This document shows positions 1 to 10,323 of a stretch of 64,000 nucleotides of DNA, in pieces. The stretch is from an uncultured Acidobacteriota bacterium (GTDB lineage Bacteria > Acidobacteriota > JAQAZP01). The translations under genes were made by a program, and so were the position numbers. Location: contig CAWIIB010000001.1 of NCBI GenBank assembly GCA_963836075.1, positions 1,088,001 through 1,152,000 on the forward strand, written 5' to 3'. Numbering within the stretch: the stretch's first letter is position 1; each line of letters starts with the position of its first letter. The notes beneath the pieces are model-generated. The model made no database searches. It had not been told where the DNA came from and worked only from the letters and a program-made list of their open reading frames with translations.

Positions 1-1164
1 CGGGAGCTGGAGAAGGAATACCGGGTGACCATGGTGGACCTGACCTCGGGCGGTGACGTGCCGCCGGAGGTGGACACCCTGGTGGTGGCCGGGCCGAAGA
101 CGATCCTCAAGGAGCGGGAGAAGTTCGAAATCGACCAGTTCCTGATGCGGGGCGGCCGGGGAATCTTCCTCCTCGACCCGGTGAAGATGAACCCCGGGCT
201 GCAGGCCACACCCCAGCCGACGAACCTCGACGACCTGCTGGCCCACTACGGCGTGCGGGTCTCCCGGGACCTGGTGATCGACAGCCTGAACAGCATGGCT
301 TCCTTCAGCCGGGGCAACATGCGCTACAGCCTGCCCTACCCCTACTGGCCCCGGGTGCACAAGTCGAACTTCAACCGGGACAACCCGGTGGTCAACAAGC
401 TGGACGGGCTGACCCTGCCCTGGTGCAGCCCGCTGCGGCTGCTCACCGCCGAGGTGGAGGAGGTGGCGCTGCCTGACGGCGAGGAGGCGGGAGCCGACCC
501 CGCTGCTGAGGACGGCGACCCGGACGGGGAAACCGAAAGCCGGGAATCATTCATGTGGCCCAGGGCGGGGAGGTGGAGAACGTCCGGGGCATCGTCCTGG
601 CCACCAGCACCCAGTTCGGCTCGGTGCTGAAGAGCCCGTTCAATCTCGACCCGCAGCAGAAGTTCAACCCCGGGGAGACCGGCCGCTACCCACTGGCCGT
701 GGCCCTCGTCGGGCAGTTCACCAGCTTTTTCCGCGACCGGCCGATCCCCAAGCCGCTCACCGGTGAGGAAGACGATCAGCAGATGGACCTCTCGGCGATG
801 CTCTCTCCGGGCGGTGAGGAAGAGGAAGAACGGGAGCCGATACTGGAGGAGAGCCCGGTGACGCAGATCATCGTGGTGGGCAACGCCCTCTTTGCCAACT
901 CCAGCTACGCGTCCCAGTTCCCGGGCAACGGCATCTTCCTGCTCAACGCCATCGACTGGGCCACCCGGGGTGGCGACCTGATCGACATCCGCTCCCGGGC
1001 GGTGATCGACCGGCCGCTCAAGGAAGTGTCCGCCCGCGGGAAAACCATGGTCCGCTTCCTGAACAACTTCGGCATTTCACTGCTGGTGGTGCTCTTCGGG
1101 CTCTACCGCTTTTACACCCGCCGGAAGAACAGAACCGACGCCGGCGCCCCAGCCAGGAGATTGA
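1..1164 (+). CDS. GldG-like ABC-type uncharacterized transport system auxiliary component (5' truncated, frameshifted near 555-570)
   Basis: ORFs 25..630 and 555.. give LVVAGPK..EIDQFLMRGG, NGIFLLNAIDW, DLIDIRSR..DRPL and a C-terminal TM helix typical of GldG/ABC_transp_aux; the 3' end is approximate. Confidence 0.75.
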
Positions 1165-1169
1165 GGACG

Positions 1170-2154
1170 ATGAATCAGAAGAAAACCTGGGTGCTGCTGC
1201 TGATCCTTGCCGCCGTGGTCGCGGTGCTCTACCTGATGGTCAACCCGCCGGAGCGGGAGCCGAGCGAAGAGACCGCCGAACCGGGTCTCTTTGCCGGTCT
1301 CGACCTGGACCGCATCTCCAGCGTGGTGGTCAACACCCCGCGGAACAGCTCGACGCTGCGCCGCGACGGCGACCGCTGGGTGGTGGAGGAATTCGACGAC
1401 TTCCCCGCCGACCTGCTGGCCCTGGAAGAAGCGGTCACCGCACTGAAGGAGCTGGAACTGGGCGACGTGGTTTCGGAAAACAGTGAGAAGCAGGCCATCT
1501 TCCAGGTGGACCAGAGCGGTGTCGAGGTTCTGCTCTACGGCGACAACGGCGACGATGACCTGCTGGCCCACTTCTTCCTCGGCAAGCCGGGCCACGATTA
1601 CCGCAGTATCTACTTCCGCCTGGCCGATTCGGACCAGGTGCACCTGGTGGACCAGCAGCTGCGCGGCCGATTCGACCGCGGCGACCGAACCTGGCGTAAC
1701 CGCCGCCCCTTCAACTTCCCGCCGGAAGAAGTGAGCGCGCTGCGGCTCCCGGCCGGTGAGAGCGGCGAACAGCTCTCGCTGAAGCTGGACGACCAGGGAA
1801 ACTGGGTGGTGGAAGGCACAGAACCGGTGCCGGCGGACAAGCGCAAAAGTGGAACTGGTGGTCCGGTCCTTCACCCAGTTGGCCGCCGATGATTTCCCCG
1901 AAAGTCCGGACCCCGATCTGGCCGTTTACGGCCTGGACACCCCGCTGTGGACCTACAGTGTCGACCTGCTGGACGGTTCAACCAGAACCCTGCTGGTGGG
2001 CAGTGTGGAAGCGGACGAGAACCGTTACTACGCCAAGCGTGACGACAGCCCGATCATTTACATCCTGGGGAAATTCCGCATCCGCAACCTCTCCAAGACA
2101 CTGGATGAGATCCGTCTGGAGCCGGCCGGGACGCCCACCGGCGGGGAGGATTGA
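1170..2154 (+). CDS. DUF4340 domain protein (frameshifted near 1845)
   Basis: ATG at 1170 after an AGGAG/GAGG SD-like stretch; N-terminal TM anchor; continues in ORF 1849..2154 (DLAVYGLDTP); usual partner of GldG-like genes. Confidence 0.7.
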
Positions 2155-2176
2155 CCGGCCAGGAGGAGCGGCCACA

Positions 2177-3181
2177 ATGCCCGCAAACCTGACGCCCGAC
2201 TACATGGCCGCCGAGCAGCGGCTGCAGAGCGCCACAGACCCCCGGGAGCGTCTGGAGATCCTCGAGGAGATGCTCCGCCTGATCCCCAAACACAAGGGGA
2301 CGGACAAACTCCAGGCCGACCTCAAGCGCAAAATCTCCAGGGCCAGGGCCGATCTGAAGAAGAAAGGCCCGGCCGGCCGGAAACGGGTATCCCACCACGT
2401 GGACCGCGAGGGCGCCGGCCAGATCGCCATCGCCGGACCGCCAAACGCCGGCAAGTCGAGCCTGGTCCGGGCGATCACCTCCGCCGAGCCGGAAGTGGCC
2501 CCGTACTCCTTCACCACCCGTGCGCCGATCCCGGCGATGATGAACTTCGAGGACGTCCAGGTGCAGCTGGTGGATCTGCCGCCGGTATCCGACACCTACA
2601 TGGAGTTCTGGGTACCCTCGATCATCCGCTCGGCCGACGCCGTACTGCTGGTGGTGGACCTCTCCGACGACGGCGCACCGCTGGTGGGTACCGAGGAGAC
2701 GCTCACCATCCTGCAGAAAGCGAAGATCCGGCTGGTGGCCGACCCGGACAGCCCGGCCCCCGGGGCCGCGGATGAAAAGGGTGTCGCGCTGAAGAAGGCC
2801 CTGATGGTCTGCACCAAGAACGACCGGCCCGAAGCCGCAGACAACCTGGAGATCCTGCTCGAGTTCTTCGGCCACCTGCTTCCGCGGGTGGAGGTGAACA
2901 CCGAAGACGGCTCGGGCCTGGACCAGTTGCGGGAGGCACTGTTCCGCATGCTGGGCAAGATCCGGGTCTATTCCAAGGCCCCGGGGAAGGAGCCGTCCAT
3001 GGCCACGCCGTTCACCCTCAAGCAGGGATCGCGGGTCATCGATTTCGCCCGCCAGGTGCACAAGGATTTCGCCGAAGGGCTGCAGCATGCCCGGGTCTGG
3101 GGATCAGGGAAATTTGAAGGGCAGAAAGTTCCCCGGGACCACGTCCTCTCCGACCGGGACGTGGTGGAGCTGAATATCTGA
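2177..3181 (+). CDS. DRG/OBG-family GTPase with C-terminal TGS domain
   Basis: SD AGGAGG before ATG 2177; MPANLTP, PKHKGT, G1 GPPNAGKSS, YSFTT, QLVDLPP, TGS-like VHKDF..ARVWGS..GQKV. Confidence 0.9.
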   Translation: MPANLTPDYMAAEQRLQSATDPRERLEILEEMLRLIPKHKGTDKLQADLKRKISRARADLKKKGPAGRKRVSHHVDREGAGQIAIAGPPNAGKSSLVRAITSAEPEVAPYSFTTRAPIPAMMNFEDVQVQLVDLPPVSDTYMEFWVPSIIRSADAVLLVVDLSDDGAPLVGTEETLTILQKAKIRLVADPDSPAPGAADEKGVALKKALMVCTKNDRPEAADNLEILLEFFGHLLPRVEVNTEDGSGLDQLREALFRMLGKIRVYSKAPGKEPSMATPFTLKQGSRVIDFARQVHKDFAEGLQHARVWGSGKFEGQKVPRDHVLSDRDVVELNI

Positions 3182-3358
3182 ATCAGATTCCGGTTGTTGG
3201 TCTTCTCTCGCCGTGTTTCACGGCGCAGGGGGCATTCCCGGGCACCAGCTTTATCAGCTTTTTGCAGCAGCTGCTCCTCCCGCTCTTCACCGTCAACCCC
3301 TGGCAACGCTATAATGGGATATACCGATTGCGATGGCGGAGCAAGGAGGTTCAGATTG

Positions 3359-4093
3359 ATGCGTTCCACACCCACCTGCCTGGTCTGGCGGCACCTGGCC
3401 CACGAGGGCCCGGGCCTGTTCGGTGACCTGCTCACCGCCCGGGGGTGGGACGTCCGGGTGGTGGATATCACCTCGCCTGGCGACGTGAGCCCGGAAGCGG
3501 ATTCCGCCGATCTCCTGCTGGTCATGGGCGGGCCCATGGGAGTCCACCAGGTGCAGGACCACCCGTTCCTGCAGGCCGAGATCGACCTCTGCGCCCGCCG
3601 GCTGTCCGCCGACCTGCCGACCCTCGGGGTCTGTCTGGGGGCGCAGATCATGGCCGCGGCCCTGGGCGCCCGGGTCTACCCGGCCGCGGTCCGGGAGGTC
3701 GGCTGGTTCGCCCTGAAACCGGAAGCCTGGACCGCCGGGGACAGCGAGACCTGGGGCCTCACCGCCCGCGGCACCACCGTGCTGCACTGGCATGGCGACA
3801 CCTTTGACCTGCCCGACGGGGCGCTGCGCCTGGCCGGCTCGGCAGCCACCCCGAACCAGGGTTTCCGGGCCGGGCGCAACGGGTATGCACTGCAGTTCCA
3901 CCTCGAGGTACCAGCGGCCGAGATCCGCGTCTGGACCGCCGGCCACCAGAAAGGTGCGGAAGAGGGCAGCAACGTGCAGACCGCCCGGGAGATCGAGGAC
4001 GGGGCGCTGCGCCACGGAACGGACGCGGCCGAGAACGCCGCGATCTTCCTCCATGCCTATCTGTCCCGCCTGGAAGCGGAATGCACGCCATGA
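3359..4093 (+). CDS. Class I glutamine amidotransferase (GMP synthase-like)
   Basis: MGGPMG, GVCLGAQ nucleophile elbow, HWHGD, LQFHLE; SD AAGGAGGT at 3343-3350; TATAAT at 3310-3315. Confidence 0.9.
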   Translation: MRSTPTCLVWRHLAHEGPGLFGDLLTARGWDVRVVDITSPGDVSPEADSADLLLVMGGPMGVHQVQDHPFLQAEIDLCARRLSADLPTLGVCLGAQIMAAALGARVYPAAVREVGWFALKPEAWTAGDSETWGLTARGTTVLHWHGDTFDLPDGALRLAGSAATPNQGFRAGRNGYALQFHLEVPAAEIRVWTAGHQKGAEEGSNVQTAREIEDGALRHGTDAAENAAIFLHAYLSRLEAECTP

Positions 4094-6294
4094 AGCAGTT
4101 CCGGCTCCCGGCCCTTCTTCTGTTGACCCTGCTCCTTATCCCGGCGTGCCGGGAAACCGGTCAGGAGGCCAAGCCCGAGAAAACCGCCCGGGAGGTGGCC
4201 CGGGCCGTTCGCATTCAGCAGTCGGGCGGCGCCGCACCCCACCGCAACATTCACCACGTCTCCCGTCCGCTGCTGCTTGAGGGCTCCGGCCGGTTCAGCT
4301 CAGCTCTGTTCACCGTTCCCCCCGGGGCGGAAATGGAAACCGCTTATGGCATTTCCGGAGGACGGTTTGCCCGACCGGCCGGCCAGACGTCTGCAACCGT
4401 CGATGAAGCAGAGCGGCCGGTGACCTTCACCCTCTCCTTCGAACCCCGGTCCGGTGGAGCGCCCCGGACACTGCACCAGGAGACCCTGGATGCCGCGCCG
4501 GACCGCAGCCGGCAGTGGTGGCGCGAACGCCGTATCGATCTCTCCCCGCTGGCCGGGGCCACCGGGAGCTTTATCTTCGAAACCGGCCCGGTCCCGGCTG
4601 CGGAGGAAGCACTGAAACCGCGAAACCGCCCGGTCCCGGTCTGGGCGGAAAGCGTTCTTCGCCCACGGGCTGCCGGAGGCCGGGGCCGGCTGATCATCCT
4701 TGTTTCCGCCGACACATGCCGGGCCGACGCCCTGGGCTGTTACGGCCAGCAGCGCTGGACCACCCCTCACCTGGACGCCTTTTCCCGTCAATGCCTGCTC
4801 TTTGAAAACGCCTACGGCCCGTCGCCCTGGACACTGCCGTCCCACGCCTCGCTGCTCACCGCCACCTACCCCAACGTGCACCTGCTGGAGACATACCGCC
4901 CCACGGCCCTCTCCCCGCAGATCAGGACGCTCACCGAAGAACTGGCGGCCGCCGGATTCCTCACCGCCGCCTTCGTCGATATGGGCTTCATCACCCCGTT
5001 CAAGGGCCTGCATCGCGGCTTTGACCTCTTTGACTACCGCGGCACGGGCATCCGGCAGATCAGTGAGCGGCTGTTGCCCTGGATCCTCCAGCGACCCGCA
5101 GACGACCTCTTCCTCTTCTTCCACTTTTACGACATCCACTTTCCCTACGACGAGCAGATCCCGGGCCGCACCTTCGGTGCCGGAACCCAGCCGGACGGGG
5201 TGGACCACCGGGTGCTGACCAACAACCGGGCGAGTGACCCGGCGGTGGCCGCACACCTCCACGACCTGTATCACAACGGGGTGGCCTACACCGACGAGGC
5301 CTTCGGACGCGTTCTCGCCGCCCTGCGCGGCAGCGGGCGCTACCGGGATGCGCTGATCGTCTTCCTCTCCGACCATGGCGAAGAGTTCGCTGAACACGGC
5401 CGGCTGGGGCACCAGCTGGCCCTGTTCCAGGAATCGCTGGCCGTTCCACTGCTGATCAAGCTGCCGGGCAACCGGCTGGCCGGTTCACGCTCACCGCTTC
5501 CGGCCAGCCTGGTAGACCTGATGCCCACCATCCTCGGTCAGGCCGGTCTGTCGTCCCCGCCGGGGAGCGGGGGGATCGATCTTCTCGGCCCCGCCCCACC
5601 CGACCCCGACGCCCGGTTCGTCTTTGGCGAGACCGTTCTGGAAGGCAGCGCCAGCGCGTTGATCGGCCGGCGGTACAAGCTGATCCACCAGGCCGGATCG
5701 GACACCATCCTCACCGACCTGAAAACGGATCCGGGAGAACTGCAGGCGGGACATGACCGCGCCCAACAGGACCGTTTTGAGCTGATGACCCAGGCCCTGG
5801 TCACCGACCATCTCTGGCGCAGGCCCGGTCTGCACATCTGGTTTGCCGGCCTGGAGCCGGGAACGGCGCTGGAGATCACCGTGGGAGGCCGCAGCCTGCA
5901 ATTCCAATCGATCCTTCCGTTCCGGGCAGATCTTCAGCCTGCGGACACTCAACCGGATACGGACGTCTGGAGGGCCCGGTTCACACCCCGGGATACGGCC
6001 TGCGGTCTGGTTCTCGGGTTCAAGGGGGACCCACCGGAGGAACTGACCGTGAGGGTGACCGATGTTCCCCTCCGGCTGCCCGGGGGCGGTCCAGCCGCCG
6101 GACCAGCCGAATGGTGCCGCTGTCCGCTGAACTCACCGCAGCCCGGGGCGACGGAGCTCGACCTGCTCGATAAAACACGCACTCCCCTCGGTCTGGTCCA
6201 CTACCGGCACCGGGCCCCCTCGATACTGCCGGAACCCGGGGAGGAGGACCGGGAGGTCACCGACCGTCTGCGACAGCTGGGGTATCTCGAATGA
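4090..6294 (+). CDS. Sulfatase-like hydrolase, probable lipoprotein
   Basis: Signal peptide ending IPAC; DTCRAD, PWTLPSHASLLT, SDHGEEFxEHG, C-terminal LRQLGYLE. Confidence 0.85.
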   Translation: MKQFRLPALLLLTLLLIPACRETGQEAKPEKTAREVARAVRIQQSGGAAPHRNIHHVSRPLLLEGSGRFSSALFTVPPGAEMETAYGISGGRFARPAGQTSATVDEAERPVTFTLSFEPRSGGAPRTLHQETLDAAPDRSRQWWRERRIDLSPLAGATGSFIFETGPVPAAEEALKPRNRPVPVWAESVLRPRAAGGRGRLIILVSADTCRADALGCYGQQRWTTPHLDAFSRQCLLFENAYGPSPWTLPSHASLLTATYPNVHLLETYRPTALSPQIRTLTEELAAAGFLTAAFVDMGFITPFKGLHRGFDLFDYRGTGIRQISERLLPWILQRPADDLFLFFHFYDIHFPYDEQIPGRTFGAGTQPDGVDHRVLTNNRASDPAVAAHLHDLYHNGVAYTDEAFGRVLAALRGSGRYRDALIVFLSDHGEEFAEHGRLGHQLALFQESLAVPLLIKLPGNRLAGSRSPLPASLVDLMPTILGQAGLSSPPGSGGIDLLGPAPPDPDARFVFGETVLEGSASALIGRRYKLIHQAGSDTILTDLKTDPGELQAGHDRAQQDRFELMTQALVTDHLWRRPGLHIWFAGLEPGTALEITVGGRSLQFQSILPFRADLQPADTQPDTDVWRARFTPRDTACGLVLGFKGDPPEELTVRVTDVPLRLPGGGPAAGPAEWCRCPLNSPQPGATELDLLDKTRTPLGLVHYRHRAPSILPEPGEEDREVTDRLRQLGYLE

Positions 6295-6390
6295 TTCTCC
6301 CTCCCGGACGGTTCCACTTTCCTTCCCTCCTCGCACTGCGATATGATTGGTTGTTCACCGGTGTCCCCGTGTCCCGTCGGCAGGCGAGTG

Positions 6391-7176
6391 ATGACGATGA
6401 TGGAAGCAAAAATACTGGCGGTGGGTGATGAAATCCTCAGTGGCACCACCGCGGACAGCAATTCCGGGTGGCTCGCCGGAAGGCTCACCAGGCTGGGCAT
6501 CCGGGTGGTGGAAATCCGTGTCATTCCGGACGTGGAAGAGATCATTGCGAAATATCTCCAACAGAACCAGAGCTGGCCGGGCCTGATCTTCACCATGGGC
6601 GGCATCGGTCCGACCCACGATGACCTGACCCGGGCTGCGGTGGCCCGCGGTCTGGGGCTGGAACTGGTTTCGGACATCGCCTCCCAAAAGGTGCTCAAGG
6701 CTCATTACGGCAGCCGCTGCAACGAGCAAAGACTGAAAATGGCAATGCTGCCCGAGGGGGCGGACCTGTACCCCGGTGCCGATTCAGCGGCACCCGGCTT
6801 CCGGGTGGGCAACGTCTTTGTTCTGGCCGGCGTCCCGGAGATCATGAAGCGGATGTTCGAGGCCGTGGCCCCGGAACTGCCCACCTCGCCCTACCACCGG
6901 CGGGTGGTCTACACCCCGAACAGCGAGGGCGAGATCGCCGGCATCCTGGGTGAGGTGCAGAAGGCGTTCACCGAGGTGAGCCTTGGCTGCTACCCGTCCC
7001 TCTCACGGTTCAGGGCCGGCGGCTACCCCACCAAGCTGGTCTTCAGCTCGTCGAGCACGGAAATCATCGAGAAGGCGCTGCGGATGCTGGCTCGCGAAGT
7101 GGAACTCTTCGTGGATGACGGAATGGACGAGACGAAGCGTGAGCCGCTGCCCCCCACCGGAGGCACCGGTCAATGA
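6391..7176 (+). CDS. CinA N-terminal-like molybdopterin-binding protein (competence/damage-inducible protein A family)
   Basis: VGDEILSG..DSN, GGIGPTHDDLT, APGF, LAGVP. Confidence 0.85.
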   Translation: MTMMEAKILAVGDEILSGTTADSNSGWLAGRLTRLGIRVVEIRVIPDVEEIIAKYLQQNQSWPGLIFTMGGIGPTHDDLTRAAVARGLGLELVSDIASQKVLKAHYGSRCNEQRLKMAMLPEGADLYPGADSAAPGFRVGNVFVLAGVPEIMKRMFEAVAPELPTSPYHRRVVYTPNSEGEIAGILGEVQKAFTEVSLGCYPSLSRFRAGGYPTKLVFSSSSTEIIEKALRMLAREVELFVDDGMDETKREPLPPTGGTGQ

Positions 7177-7595
7177 TCCAGGTCAACGTCGACTGCCCGG
7201 CCTGCGGCGCCTCACTGATGGACGAAGAGCAGACCGTGGGGGGCTCGCCTGCCATCCTCACCCGGGTGGAACTGGACGGCGGGAAAGTAGACCTGCGGCT
7301 TTCCTCCGTGCTGGGCGATCACACCATCCACTGCGAAGCCGAGATCGAGGCGGGCCGGGAGGTGGTGTTCCTCTGTCCCCGCTGCCAGCAGTCGCTCACC
7401 GGCACCCGGACCTGCGATCTCTGCTCGGCGGCCATGGCCCATTTCCGGATGCGGGATGGCGGCGGGATCCAGGTCTGCTGCCGGCGCGGTTGCCCCAAAC
7501 ACGTCCTCGAGTTCGAGAATCCCGAGACCGAGGTGTCCGAATTCTACCGCCGGAACCCGATCTTCTGGGACGCCTACCATTCGCCCGAAGAGTAA
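7173..7595 (+). CDS. Small Cys-rich putative metal-binding protein
   Basis: CPAC, CPRC, CDLC, CCRRGCPKH; ATGA overlap with the upstream gene. Confidence 0.65.
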   Translation: MIQVNVDCPACGASLMDEEQTVGGSPAILTRVELDGGKVDLRLSSVLGDHTIHCEAEIEAGREVVFLCPRCQQSLTGTRTCDLCSAAMAHFRMRDGGGIQVCCRRGCPKHVLEFENPETEVSEFYRRNPIFWDAYHSPEE

Positions 7596-7662
7596 TAATG
7601 GAGACAGTTACCTGGTACGCTCGCAACTGCGAGTGTACCAGGTAACTGTCTCCATTATTACT
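7591..7662. repeat. Long palindrome, 34-bp arms (one G-T mismatch), 4-nt loop, between convergent genes
   Basis: AGTAATAATGGAGACAGTTACCTGGTACGCTCGC-AACT-GCGAGTGTACCAGGTAACTGTCTCCATTATTACT. Confidence 0.95.
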
Positions 7663-7668
7663 ACTCTG

Positions 7669-8361
7669 TCACAGCACCTTGAAGATATACTTCAGACAGA
7701 ACCAGACACCCACCAGCAGGAAGAGGACTCCAGTGCCCCTCCTGGCCCACTTCTCGAAGCTGGTCAGCATGTTGAACGCCCGGCTCAGCCGGTGGGCGCT
7801 GAAGGCCAGCAAGAGCGAGAAGAAGACCACCGGCAGTGCGGTGCCCAGGCCGTAAAGGCAGGGCATCATCACCGGTGATCCGTGGTTGACGGCCAGCGGC
7901 ACCAGGCTGCCGAAGAAGAGGGCCGCGGAGACCGGGCAGAAGGAGAGCGCGAAGACCACGCCCAGCAGGCCCGCCCCCCAGATGCCGCCGCGGTCCGCCC
8001 GGGCCTTCATCCTCTCGGAGAGGCCGCTGCCGGCAAAGACCACGGGGACCATTTCCAGCAACACCATGCCGGCCAGGATGAGCAGTGGCCCCAGCAGGAT
8101 GTTCATGTAGCGCTGGAGAAAAGTGGAGAGCGCCGGGACCGAAGCCAGGCTGGAGAGGATCAGCAGGGCCAATGCAATGTACGCAGCCATCCGGCCCAGG
8201 GTGTAGAGCAGACCGGCGGCGAGGACCAGGCGCGGGCGATCGACCCGCTTGCCGATGTAGGAGATGGCGGTGATATTGGTGGCCAGCGGACAGGGGCTGA
8301 TGGAGGTGAGGATGCCGAGCCAGCCGGCGGTGACCAGCCCCAGCCAGTATCCCTCCATCAT
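7669..8361 (-). CDS. arsG: ArsG-family aromatic arsenical efflux permease / CcdA-DsbD-like membrane protein
   Basis: GILTSISPCPLATNI and FALSFCPVSAALFF motifs, about 6 TM helices, last gene of the ars operon. Confidence 0.75.
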   Translation of the reverse strand: MMEGYWLGLVTAGWLGILTSISPCPLATNITAISYIGKRVDRPRLVLAAGLLYTLGRMAAYIALALLILSSLASVPALSTFLQRYMNILLGPLLILAGMVLLEMVPVVFAGSGLSERMKARADRGGIWGAGLLGVVFALSFCPVSAALFFGSLVPLAVNHGSPVMMPCLYGLGTALPVVFFSLLLAFSAHRLSRAFNMLTSFEKWARRGTGVLFLLVGVWFCLKYIFKVL

Positions 8362-8876
8362 GCGTCCCCGAGAAAGGTCGAAATTTCCGATTCCACGTAG
8401 CTGTTGAATTTCATCGGGCTGTGCACCAGTTCCCAGACCCGGGTGCAGTTCTTGTATTTTACCGTCTCGCCGTCCTTCCGCTGGGCCAGGACAAGCGACG
8501 TGGTGTGCAGTTCGAAATCTTCCATGAAGTGCTTGTTTGCCGGCTGGTCCACGTTCAGCGCCAACCACTGCAATCGACCGTCCTCCATCGCCTCGGGAAA
8601 ACCGTCCTCCATGGCCATCTTTGACAGCTCCTCGATCTTGAGACAGGTGGCGCAGCGGCTCTCCGGGTGCAGGTAGTAGGCAATCACACCGTTGTCGATG
8701 GCTTGCACCGGCGGGGCCGCGGCCACGACGGGCGCGGGAGGATCTTCCCCCTGCTCCGCCGGCAGGGCGCCGGTCTTCTCCACCTCCGGCGTGTCCGCCG
8801 GATTGAGCAGGGCCCAGGCCACAGCGACAATCACAAATGCCAGCAAAACCACCGCCAGAACGTGTTTCATCTGCAT
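8358..8876 (-). CDS. arsF: ArsF-family thioredoxin-like protein
   Basis: N-terminal TM; YYLH..RCATC..IE motif; operon context. Confidence 0.7.
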   Translation of the reverse strand: MQMKHVLAVVLLAFVIVAVAWALLNPADTPEVEKTGALPAEQGEDPPAPVVAAAPPVQAIDNGVIAYYLHPESRCATCLKIEELSKMAMEDGFPEAMEDGRLQWLALNVDQPANKHFMEDFELHTTSLVLAQRKDGETVKYKNCTRVWELVHSPMKFNSYVESEISTFLGDA

Positions 8877-8889
8877 TTTCCGTCCTCCC

Positions 8890-9129
8890 TCAGCTGATCA
8901 TTCCCTTGATCTCGTCCAGCGACGGCAGTTTGCCGGTAACTTTCACCTCGCCGTCCACCACCAGGCCGGGGGTCATGATCACTCCCCGTTCGGTGATCGC
9001 CATGATGTCGGTGACCTTGACCAGTTCATAATCCAAACCCAGTTCCCGGGCCGCCTGATCGGTGAGCTCAGCAAGTTTGTCGCACTTGGCACAACCGGTA
9101 CCGAGTATTTCCAGCTTCTTCATGTTCAT
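8890..9129 (-). CDS. Small redox-active disulfide protein 2 (MTH895/ArsE-type thioredoxin)
   Basis: ILGTGCAKC, GVIMTPGLVVDGEVK. Confidence 0.9.
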   Translation of the reverse strand: MNMKKLEILGTGCAKCDKLAELTDQAARELGLDYELVKVTDIMAITERGVIMTPGLVVDGEVKVTGKLPSLDEIKGMIS

Positions 9130-9156
9130 CCCTTCGTTCTGTGGAGCGCTTCACGC

Positions 9157-10323
9157 TCAGGAGAGCACGGCTCCACCAATGATACCCGATACGGTGGCCA
9201 TTGCCACCACCAGCAGCACGTAAACCACCGTCTTTTTCGTCCCCAGCACGCCGCGGATCACCAGCATGTTGGGCAGCGAGAGGGCCGGGCCGGCCAGCAG
9301 CAGGGCCAGGGCCGGCCCCTTGCCCATGCCGGCGCCGATCAGCCCCTCGAGGATCGGCACCTCGGTGAGGGTGGCGAAATACATGAACGCCCCCACCACC
9401 GAAGCGAAGAGGTTGGCAGCCCAGGAATTGCCGCCCACCAGCATCGAGACCCACTCCGACGGAATCAGCCCCTCGCTGCCCGGGCGGCCCAGAAGAAATC
9501 CGGCCAGCAGCACTCCGCCGAGCAGCAGGGGCAGGATCATCGCCGCATACTCCCAGGATGAGGCCATCCAGCTTTTCATTTCGTCCTTCCTGAACCAGCG
9601 CCAGAGCACCAGGGCCAGCAGCAGGGCCAGCAGTCCGGTGATCGCCCACTTGGCCTGGTAAAGAAAGACCCAGACCTGGCCCGCCCCTTCACGGGGCGCG
9701 CCCCAGTTGGCAATGACCAGCAAGGCGATCATCAGCGCGAAATAGACGGCCTCCTGCCACAGCGGCCTGGCCGTCTCCATCTCGGCGGTGGCGATTCCCC
9801 CTTCACCGGCGGCCGTCTCCTTGCGAAAGATGAACTGCATGGCCATACCGATGACCACCGAGAAGACCACCGCACCCACGGCACGGGCAATGCCGAGCTC
9901 CGGCCCCAGCACCCGGGCGGTGAGGATGATGGCCAGCACGTTTACCGCCGGTCCGGCATAGAGGAAGGCTGTGGCCGGGCCGAGGCCGGCCCCGCGGCGG
10001 TAGATGCCGGCAAAGAGCGGCAGGACGGTGCAGGAACAGACGGCCAGCACCGACCCGGATACCGAGGCCACGCCATAGGCCAGAAAACGGTTGGCCCGGG
10101 CGCCGAGATACTTGATCACCGAAGCCTGGGAGATAAAAGTTGCAATGGCGCCGGCGATGAAAAACGCGGGCACCAGGCAGAGCAGCACGTGTTCACGGGC
10201 ATACCAGCTGGTGAGGGCCAGCGACTCGTTGACCGCCCGTCCGAAGCGTGCCCCGTCAACGGGCAGGAACCAGAAGAGCAGGAAAACGCCAAGGAACAGC
10301 AGAAACTTCTTGCGGTCGTTCAC
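9157..10323 (-). CDS. arsP: ArsP-family permease
   Basis: HVLLCLVPAFFIAGAI, AVCSCTVLPLF, MYFATLTEVP, GPALSLP; GTG start overlaps the arsR stop. Confidence 0.85.
   Translation of the reverse strand: MNDRKKFLLFLGVFLLFWFLPVDGARFGRAVNESLALTSWYAREHVLLCLVPAFFIAGAIATFISQASVIKYLGARANRFLAYGVASVSGSVLAVCSCTVLPLFAGIYRRGAGLGPATAFLYAGPAVNVLAIILTARVLGPELGIARAVGAVVFSVVIGMAMQFIFRKETAAGEGGIATAEMETARPLWQEAVYFALMIALLVIANWGAPREGAGQVWVFLYQAKWAITGLLALLLALVLWRWFRKDEMKSWMASSWEYAAMILPLLLGGVLLAGFLLGRPGSEGLIPSEWVSMLVGGNSWAANLFASVVGAFMYFATLTEVPILEGLIGAGMGKGPALALLLAGPALSLPNMLVIRGVLGTKKTVVYVLLVVAMATVSGIIGGAVLS

Noticed and set aside
555-1892. Apparent GldG-DUF4340 fusion ORF
   Set aside because: An internal SD and ATG at 1170 with a new TM anchor, plus an out-of-frame TGA at 1162, point to two genes merged by an indel.
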